The position numbers were made by a program, and so were the translations under genes. A stretch of 26,231 nucleotides of DNA from the IMG/VR virus record IMGVR_UViG_3300032247_001283, positions 1 to 26,231 of that record; one strand, written 5' to 3'. The stretch's first letter is position 1. Each line of letters opens with the position of its first letter. The notes under the pieces were generated by a model. It made no database searches and was not told the DNA's origin. It saw only the letters and a list, made by a program, of their open reading frames with translations. The DNA comes from a virus. Taxonomy: Duplodnaviria; Caudoviricetes. Shown piece by piece: positions 17,146 through 23,405 of this stretch.

Positions 17146-17473
17146 GGTTTTTCCTTAAAGAAGGGGCAAAATCACGTGGTTGTCACAGGGTAGGGGGTCT
17201 CTAAGTCCTTGTTATCCTGTGGATCACAGGGTGTCACAGGGTATTTCAAATAAAGTCTTTTCCGGCCGCGCGCGCGGAACCTATGTAATTAGATAAATAG
17301 ATAATATACTTATTGTTTACATACTTTTAGCCCTATACAGGGGAAATGTTTTGGTCCGGATCAAAATATTTGTCCAACCCTGTGACACCCTGTGATCCAC
17401 CGGATATCAATAGGTTACAGACCCCCTACCCTGTGATCACCATGTGACAAACGTCTTTCTTTATGGCAAAACC
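17146..17473. repeat. 97-bp imperfect inverted repeat with TCACAGGG repeats and IHF sites around an AT-rich core (candidate origin or packaging site)
   Basis: Arms 17146-17242 and 17377-17473 align without gaps; TATCAA-TAGG-TTA at 17405-17417. Confidence 0.9.
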
Positions 17474-17498
17474 ATAGGACGGACAGGAGGACTGCCGC

Positions 17499-18086
17499 AT
17501 GGCGCGAGCCAAACAAACGCACAAGCCTAAGCTTGATATCGTCGTGAACCCCAAGAAAGAAAAAGGGCTCACTGAAAAGCAGGAGAAGTTCTGCCGCATC
17601 TATGCCACCGAGGACGTGACACGTACCGAGGCGGCTAAACTCGCTGGCTACTCCGACACCACCGCGCCCATCGCTGGGTCACGGTTCCTGAACGGTCGAG
17701 ACTATCCTCACATCCTCGCTCGCATTGCCGAGATCAAAGAGGAGCTGTCGAGGAAATACGAAGTCTCGTTTGACGGCCACGTCAGGCAGCTCGCCAAGAT
17801 CAGGGACATGGCTCTGGAGAAAGGCAACTACACCGCAGCCGTTGCAGCCGAGAAGAGCCGAGGTCAGGTGGCTGGCCTCTACATCAGCCGCAGCGAAATC
17901 TTGGTGGGCAAGATCGACCAGATGAGCCGAGAGGAAGTGCTGGCCGAGATCGCCAAGCTTCAGTCTCAATTCCCGATCCTGATCGACCAGACGGCCCCGA
18001 CCATCGACATGATCTCTGCTCGCAGGGACGCAGAGGAGCTGCCCGATCTGGTGAATGCCGACATCGAAGCGGAGATCGAGCAGTGA
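17499..18086 (+). CDS. terS: Terminase small subunit
   Basis: LTEKQEKFC...TEAAKLAGYS HTH, AAVAAE...G...GLY; AGGAGG RBS. Confidence 0.85.
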   Translation: MARAKQTHKPKLDIVVNPKKEKGLTEKQEKFCRIYATEDVTRTEAAKLAGYSDTTAPIAGSRFLNGRDYPHILARIAEIKEELSRKYEVSFDGHVRQLAKIRDMALEKGNYTAAVAAEKSRGQVAGLYISRSEILVGKIDQMSREEVLAEIAKLQSQFPILIDQTAPTIDMISARRDAEELPDLVNADIEAEIEQ

Positions 18087-18550
18087 ACACCGAGACCGCC
18101 CTCTGGAAACACCTCAAACAAAAGACCTCCTCAGAAGTCCACTGGACGCGGATCGAGGCGCGCGTGGGGGCAGGTATTCCGGACATCAACGGAGCCTACC
18201 AGTGGCCAACGTCGGGCCACCTGAGGGGCATTGAAATCTGGTGCGAACTTAAGGTCTGCAAGACTAAGTCTTATAAAACTGCGGGCCTATGGCGGCCAGC
18301 CCAGATTGCATGGCAAACAGCGCGTTCATCACGCATCCGTAACGTCTGGAACTTGGTCAGCCATCCACAGGCAGAGGTCGTCAAAATATACAGCGGATCA
18401 CGGATCGCGGACCTTTGGGACGACAAAGAGGGCCAAGTGGAGCCTGACTTGGTAATTAGATACCGTAACCCGTACGATTCTTGGTCCATGTTCCTCGAAC
18501 TGGCAGCCGCTCGGGCTTTAGAGCCAATGGCCACGGACCGCGGGCCTTAG
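18083..18550 (+). CDS. PD-(D/E)xK nuclease, VRR-NUC/Holliday junction resolvase-like
   Basis: E..LW...RIE....GIPD...WCELK...RPAQIAW. Confidence 0.8.
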   Translation: MNTETALWKHLKQKTSSEVHWTRIEARVGAGIPDINGAYQWPTSGHLRGIEIWCELKVCKTKSYKTAGLWRPAQIAWQTARSSRIRNVWNLVSHPQAEVVKIYSGSRIADLWDDKEGQVEPDLVIRYRNPYDSWSMFLELAAARALEPMATDRGP

Positions 18551-18554
18551 AGAT

Positions 18555-18576
18555 CGCGGGCTTTTGATCCATTTAA
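18555..18576. repeat. Intergenic repeat copy CGCGGGCTTTTGAT
   Basis: Matches the copies at 20030 and 20781; variants at 18641 and 20827. Confidence 0.75.
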
Positions 18577-18591
18577 CCTTGGACCATGGAC

Positions 18592-18624
18592 AAAGAAAAA
18601 CCCCCGATCCTTTCGGACCGAGGG
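18592..18624 (-). terminator. Rho-independent terminator
   Basis: Minus strand CCCTCGGTCC-GAAA-GGATCGGGGG-TTTTTCTTT. Confidence 0.85.
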
Positions 18625-18658
18625 TCGCGGGCCTAGGTGTCGCGGGCTTTAGATCAAT

Positions 18659-18844
18659 TCAGGTGTGGCAGTAACCATCTGCCTCGATGGCCAGCCACAT
18701 GCCCTGCCACCGGACCACCACCGCCCCGTCCATGCCGAACGTCGGCTGCACGGTCGCGCGGAAGGCGCGGTATGTCATGTCGAGCGGGCCTCGGTGATAG
18801 ACGCGGGCGAGCGCGGTCCTTTGAGATTTAGTCAAGCGTACCAT
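18659..18844 (-). CDS. Small hypothetical phage protein
   Basis: ATG at 18844 after AAGGAG; W.GMWLAIE.DGY.H C-terminal motif. Confidence 0.75.
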   Translation of the reverse strand: MVRLTKSQRTALARVYHRGPLDMTYRAFRATVQPTFGMDGAVVVRWQGMWLAIEADGYCHT

Positions 18845-18857
18845 GGGTTTAGCTCCT

Positions 18858-19130
18858 TTATCGGATAAGACGTTGGTGGTGGGCTTCATGCATCGCGCGG
18901 ACGGCGGAGTCCGCGACGCGGTGTCCATATTTGAGCGGGCCTTGGTAAATCAGCCCCAGCAAGCGGCCGCGCTCGTAATCCCATCGGGTGTTAACCTGCC
19001 CGCGTTCCTGATAGGCGTCGTAATCCATGGCCACGCCGGAGCGGGCCTCGTTAAACCCCCGAACAAAGGCGGCGGAGCGCATAACGCCCCGCAGCCCCAC
19101 CCGTTTTGTTCCCACCTGTTTTGTCATCAC
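18858..19130 (-). CDS. Hypothetical protein
   Basis: GTGA-coupled; GAGG RBS; W.YERGR motif. Confidence 0.7.
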   Translation of the reverse strand: MMTKQVGTKRVGLRGVMRSAAFVRGFNEARSGVAMDYDAYQERGQVNTRWDYERGRLLGLIYQGPLKYGHRVADSAVRAMHEAHHQRLIR

Positions 19131-19906
19131 GCCACCTCTTTAAAGCGGCGGAACGTCGGGCCGTGGGAATTGATTACAATCGGGGCGCGGGCTTTTGCAG
19201 AAAGCCCACCACACGCGCGGCAATCTTCGCAGCTAGTCTTTTGCCCCGCTTCTTTTGAAGCCGGACACGTCACCTCGCCCGCGAGGCGCGGCGCGTCGGC
19301 CGTCTTGACGCGGAACGTACGCCATCCGAGCGCGCGGGCCTCGGCTGCATCTGATTCGGTGTCGGCGCTTGCCATGCAGAGGAGACGGAACGCGGCGAAG
19401 CGGGCTTGTTTCCATTGGTGCGAGTAACCGTTAACGGCTGCGGCTTTTAGCGTCGCGGCGCGCCATACCTGAAACGGCGCGGCCGTCGGGTCGCCGTATG
19501 TTCCGAGGCGGAATGCATGCCCCGCAAAAAGATCCGGTATCAGTTTCGGATCATAATCCACGTTCGGGCGGGCATAGCGGCCGCGCGTATAAGCACCATA
19601 AACCGACGCAACGGAACGCCCGACCTGCACATAACATGAGCCGAGATTAGCGGGCCTATGAATGCAGTCGCCGCATACGGCGGCATCTTGCCCGCTTTTG
19701 AGTGCGCTAATCGGGTCTACGTCGGCTGCAATAATAAACGTCTGGACCATTGCGCCCGTCTTAGCATTGCTGCTAGCCGTCGTGATGCGATTAGCTATTA
19801 CGACAATCGGGCGGCCGTCTAGCATGCTGGGGCCTTCATAAAGGATTACACCGGAGAACTTCGCACGGCGGAGATTGTTGCGCATGTCGCGCGCGGTCTT
19901 GATCAT
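19127..19906 (-). CDS. Cysteine-rich putative metal/Fe-S protein (GP88/DUF7227-like, from memory)
   Basis: N.KTG, CGDC...CYV, RLGTYGDP, GYSHQW, CPAS...CEDCRAC. Confidence 0.7.
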   Translation of the reverse strand: MIKTARDMRNNLRRAKFSGVILYEGPSMLDGRPIVVIANRITTASSNAKTGAMVQTFIIAADVDPISALKSGQDAAVCGDCIHRPANLGSCYVQVGRSVASVYGAYTRGRYARPNVDYDPKLIPDLFAGHAFRLGTYGDPTAAPFQVWRAATLKAAAVNGYSHQWKQARFAAFRLLCMASADTESDAAEARALGWRTFRVKTADAPRLAGEVTCPASKEAGQKTSCEDCRACGGLSAKARAPIVINSHGPTFRRFKEVA

Positions 19907-19939
19907 GTTCGGCCCTTTCTATGGCTTAAGAACGAATCA

Positions 19940-19968
19940 AAACTAGCACGCCTTGCAAGCTTAAGCAA
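19940..19968 (-). promoter_or_regulatory. Sigma70 promoter
   Basis: TTGCTT-17 nt-(TGC)TAGTTT with an AT-rich upstream tract. Confidence 0.6.
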
Positions 19969-20029
19969 GATATAAATATATCTCGAGCGGGATTTATTGC
20001 GGGCCTTTGCGCGGGCCTCGGCCCGCTGC

Positions 20030-20055
20030 GCGCGGGCTTTTGATGTAATTAAATA
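20030..20055. repeat. 26-bp intergenic direct repeat, copy 1
   Basis: GCGCGGGCTTTTGATGTAATTAAATA. Confidence 0.9.
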
Positions 20056-20066
20056 GGATAACAGGC

Positions 20067-20097
20067 AAAGAAAAACCCCTAGGCCGGAGCCTAGGGG
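20067..20097 (-). terminator. Rho-independent terminator
   Basis: Minus strand CCCCTAGGC-TCCG-GCCTAGGGG-TTTTTCTTT. Confidence 0.9.
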
Positions 20098-20136
20098 CAG
20101 GTTCGTAATCTATCTAAGCGCGCGCTGCGGGTCATG

Positions 20137-20373
20137 TCACCCCGCTTTGCAGAGTTCTTTCAACTCTGCTTTGACGCGCCGCGCTGTGTCGCCCCGCCAC
20201 GTTCCGGCATTGGCAAGGAAATAAAGCACAATGCTCTTGCCACTGTCGTAAATATAATTGTCGCGGATATCGGAGAGGCTAGACATGGCAGACAGATAGG
20301 GGACTGCACCGAAATAGGGGTTTTTCCAATCTGCGCGGATCTCGGCTGCAATTTGAAAGATGGGGCGCGTCAT
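20137..20373 (-). CDS. Hypothetical phage protein
   Basis: ATG at 20373 after AGGAGG; IA.EI..DW...YFGA.PYL.AM...YFLANA..WRG..ARR.K.EL. Confidence 0.8.
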   Translation of the reverse strand: MTRPIFQIAAEIRADWKNPYFGAVPYLSAMSSLSDIRDNYIYDSGKSIVLYFLANAGTWRGDTARRVKAELKELCKAG

Positions 20374-20375
20374 GA

Positions 20376-20666
20376 TTAGCCCTCCTTTCTTATGACAGGC
20401 AAAGCGCTTTCCATCGCGAGAATCCACGCGCGGACATCGGCCATTGCTTGCTCGTATTGGCCGCGCTTGTAACGCTTGCCTGTGATCTTTGTTGCGAGTT
20501 CGAAAGAGCGGGTTGGGGTCGCGCTGCGGGTGAGGCGCATGCCCATCTTGCAGGCCTTGAGCGCGTGATAAACCGTGCGCGCATGCAGGAGGCGAGTCGA
20601 GTCGAGGCCAATGAAAGCGGTAACCCCGTCGCCGTGCTGAATAACGTAGCTGTCTAAGTCTTGCAT
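20376..20666 (-). CDS. Hypothetical protein
   Basis: AAAGGAG RBS; downstream of a promoter; ITGK.YKR motif. Confidence 0.75.
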   Translation of the reverse strand: MQDLDSYVIQHGDGVTAFIGLDSTRLLHARTVYHALKACKMGMRLTRSATPTRSFELATKITGKRYKRGQYEQAMADVRAWILAMESALPVIRKEG

Positions 20667-20698
20667 GTTACGTGCTCCTTTCTGTTTTGAGCATGTCC

Positions 20699-20727
20699 AG
20701 AATAAGCAATGCCGGCAGGATAGTCAA
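20699..20727 (-). promoter_or_regulatory. Sigma70 promoter
   Basis: TTGACT-17 nt-TATTCT. Confidence 0.7.
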
Positions 20728-20780
20728 CATATATTTAAGCGCCCGCCTTAGTTTTTTTCTCGCCTGTTTCGCGGGCTGAG

Positions 20781-20806
20781 GCGCGGGCTTTTGATGCAAT
20801 TAAATA
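20781..20806. repeat. 26-bp intergenic direct repeat, copy 2
   Basis: GCGCGGGCTTTTGATGCAATTAAATA, 25/26 identical to copy 1. Confidence 0.9.
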
Positions 20807-20861
20807 TACACCGGCGCGGACTGCCGCCCGGGCTTTTGATCTAAGCATATGTTTGCCAGGC

Positions 20862-20891
20862 AAATAAAAACCCCGCCACGTGGGCGGGGTT
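20862..20891 (-). terminator. Rho-independent terminator
   Basis: Minus strand CCCCGCC-CACGT-GGCGGGG-TTTTTATTT. Confidence 0.85.
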
Positions 20892-20913
20892 CAAGGTCCG
20901 GCTGCTGCTTTGA

Positions 20914-21192
20914 TCAGGCGGCATCACGCTTTCGGGCGGACACCCGCACCGCTTTGATTTCGGTTATGCGGGTGCATGCCGCGACCTGATCAGGGGTTAG
21001 CATTGCGCGCACCGCCTCGCTATCAAGAGTCGCGCGTTCTGTCCACGTCACGGCCGCGCGGAATAACGAACCGTCAATCTCTGCATAGCCCGACTCGATT
21101 AGAGCCGTCTTGAGTTTTGCTTCCTGTTTCGTCAGGTCCGCGATTCGGGCCTTGAGCGCGCCTAGTTCGTCAACAATCCCTGCGTAGTCCAT
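20914..21192 (-). CDS. Hypothetical phage protein with coiled-coil N-terminus
   Basis: AGAAAGGA RBS; VDELG.LKA.IA.L...G..FRA.V....R..LD. Confidence 0.75.
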   Translation of the reverse strand: MDYAGIVDELGALKARIADLTKQEAKLKTALIESGYAEIDGSLFRAAVTWTERATLDSEAVRAMLTPDQVAACTRITEIKAVRVSARKRDAA

Positions 21193-21216
21193 GGTCTATC
21201 CTTTCTTGATAGGGGT

Positions 21217-21243
21217 CCGCCCCGACCATTGTGATCGGGGCGG
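21217..21243. other. Intergenic GC-rich hairpin
   Basis: CCGCCCCGA-N9-TCGGGGCGG; no U-tract on the coding strand. Confidence 0.55.
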
Positions 21244-21251
21244 GGTTTAGG

Positions 21252-21581
21252 TTAGAGGGTGACAGAACCCGACAGGGTGACTTCGATCTCGCGGCCGGAC
21301 AGGGCCGAATCGATTGCGTCTTCTAGGCGCATGTCCAGAACCGAATCAATTCGGTCATCTATCAGGGCCTCAAGGTCATCCTCGCCTTTCGGGAGGCCTG
21401 TGGCGGTCAGGTTCTCTAACACGTCCCTGTGATGATCCTGCGTGTTCTCAAGGTATTTAATCCGGTCTTGCAGGGTGACAATCGTTTCCTGCGTCGCCTT
21501 GAGTTCTGCTTCGAGCGACACGATTGCGTCAACCAAAGCGGAGAGGCCGACAACGGCCTTAGTGCATGCATCTGCTAACAT
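21252..21581 (-). CDS. Hypothetical acidic coiled-coil protein
   Basis: AAGGAAG RBS; downstream of a promoter. Confidence 0.7.
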   Translation of the reverse strand: MLADACTKAVVGLSALVDAIVSLEAELKATQETIVTLQDRIKYLENTQDHHRDVLENLTATGLPKGEDDLEALIDDRIDSVLDMRLEDAIDSALSGREIEVTLSGSVTL

Positions 21582-21641
21582 GTTTGTCTTCCTTTTTTTG
21601 ATTCGGTTTTTTTAACGGACCGAATCGTGAACCGTGGTTAC

Positions 21642-21670
21642 ACGATAGCAAAGAAGAACAACATAGTCAA
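21642..21670 (-). promoter_or_regulatory. Sigma70 promoter
   Basis: TTGACT-17 nt-(TGC)TATCGT. Confidence 0.7.
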
Positions 21671-21938
21671 CAGGCAAATGATCACGAAAGCGTGATGATG
21701 CACCGCAACATTGCAGCAGCGGGTCCCTTGGGGTCCGCCCAGATCGGGGCGCTGCATCCGGAAAACATCGACCCCCCTGCGCGGCCCGTGGTCCTTGCGG
21801 TCGGCCGTAAAACCCGATTTTCCACGGACCACCAGCAACTGAAAAAAATCCGACCCCCCTAATTGTCAAATTAAGGTCTAGGATCCCCTACCCCCCTGTA
21901 GTATAAAAAACCTATCAGGATCCACGGACCACGGACCA

Positions 21939-23405
21939 ATGACCATCAAACCCAAAATGGATGAAGAAAGTCTCCGCAAGCTGGCCAAGCTCTACAGCCG
22001 TCTCGGTCAGTTGGAGCAGTCGAAAGCGGCCCGCGAAAACTTCATACCCTTTGTTAACGCCGTATGGCCGGGGTTCATTGCGGGTCGGCATCACAAGATT
22101 GTAGCCGAGAAGCTGGAGGCCGTGGCCAACGGAACATTGAAGCGTCTGATCATCAACATGCCCCCGAGGCACACGAAGTCGGAGTTTGCTTCTTACTTGT
22201 TCCCGGCGTGGTTCATTGGCCGCAGACCGGACCTCAAGATCATGCAGGCCACGCATACGGCCGATCTCTCGATCCGGTTCGGTCGCAAAGTCAGAAACCT
22301 GATGGACGGAGAGGACTACAAGAAAGTCTTCACGGATGTTAAGCTACGGGCAGATTCAAAAGCGGCATACCGCTGGGAGACAGATGATGGTGGCGAATAT
22401 TATGCAGCGGGTGTCGGCGGCTCTATCGCGGGTCGCGGCGCAGATCTCTTCATTGTTGACGATCCTCACTCGGAACAGGATGCACTAAGCCCGACCGCTC
22501 TGGAGAACGCTTGGGAGTGGTACATGTCCGGCCCGCGCCAGCGTCTGCAACCGGGCGGAGCTATTGTTGTGGTCATGACCCGATGGGGCGAGGCGGACCT
22601 GACGGCCCGTCTGCTGCGCCAACAGGCCATGGACCCCAAGGCTGATCAGTGGGAAGTGGTGGAGTTTCCGGCCATCTTTGATACCGGGGAACCGCTCTGG
22701 CCCGAGTACTGGAAGCTGGAGGAGCTTGAGAAGATCAAGGCCTCGATCTCCGCGTCCAAGTGGCAGGCGCAGTATATGCAGCGCCCGACCTCTGATACGG
22801 CGTCGATCCTGAAGCGCGATTGGTGGAAGGTCTGGCCGAAGGAGGACGTACCGCGGTTGCAGTATGTGATCCAGAGTTATGATACTGCTTTCCTCAAATC
22901 ACGGACCGCGGACTATTCAGCCATCCAGACGTGGGGGGTTTTCTTTCCCACAGAGGATTCGCCGCCCAATGTGATCCTTCTGGATGCAAAGAAGGGGCGG
23001 TGGGAGTTTCCCGATCTGAAGAGGGTCGCTCTGGAGGAATACCGGTACTGGGAACCGGAGACCGTGCTCATCGAAGCGAAAGCTTCCGGTATGCCGCTCA
23101 CACAGGAGTTGCGACACATGGGCATTCCTGTGGTAAACTTTACGCCTTCGCGTGGTAATGATAAGCATTCTAGGGTCAATTCTGTGTCCCCTCTGTTCGA
23201 GTCGGGGCTTGTTTGGCGTCCTGATACGTCGTGGGCTGAGGAAGTGGTCGAGGAATTGGCGGCTTTTCCTTTTGGTGAACATGACGATATGGTGGACTGC
23301 GCCACTCAAGCACTGATGCGTTTCCGTCAGGGTGGGTTCATTGGGCATCCGGACGATCTTCAGATGGAATCTGAGAGGCGTCCTTCAAATAGGGTCTATT
23401 ACTGA
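21939..23405 (+). CDS. terL: Terminase large subunit
   Basis: INMPPRHTKS Walker A, IVDDP Walker B, VMTRW, SYDTA, EHDDMVD nuclease motif. Confidence 0.95.
   Translation: MTIKPKMDEESLRKLAKLYSRLGQLEQSKAARENFIPFVNAVWPGFIAGRHHKIVAEKLEAVANGTLKRLIINMPPRHTKSEFASYLFPAWFIGRRPDLKIMQATHTADLSIRFGRKVRNLMDGEDYKKVFTDVKLRADSKAAYRWETDDGGEYYAAGVGGSIAGRGADLFIVDDPHSEQDALSPTALENAWEWYMSGPRQRLQPGGAIVVVMTRWGEADLTARLLRQQAMDPKADQWEVVEFPAIFDTGEPLWPEYWKLEELEKIKASISASKWQAQYMQRPTSDTASILKRDWWKVWPKEDVPRLQYVIQSYDTAFLKSRTADYSAIQTWGVFFPTEDSPPNVILLDAKKGRWEFPDLKRVALEEYRYWEPETVLIEAKASGMPLTQELRHMGIPVVNFTPSRGNDKHSRVNSVSPLFESGLVWRPDTSWAEEVVEELAAFPFGEHDDMVDCATQALMRFRQGGFIGHPDDLQMESERRPSNRVYY

Noticed and set aside
17146-17473. Inverted repeat as MITE or IS ends
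   Set aside because: No transposase, no evident target-site duplication, and the internal repeat/IHF layout fits a cis-acting site better
19961-19975. CtrA box-like TTAA-N7-ATAA over a -35 element
   Set aside because: One mismatch in an AT-rich tract, and I saw no perfect TTAA-N7-TTAA in the intergenic regions checked
18540-20850. Repeats as a CRISPR array
   Set aside because: Spacing is irregular (tens to over 1000 bp), genes lie between copies, and no cas genes are present
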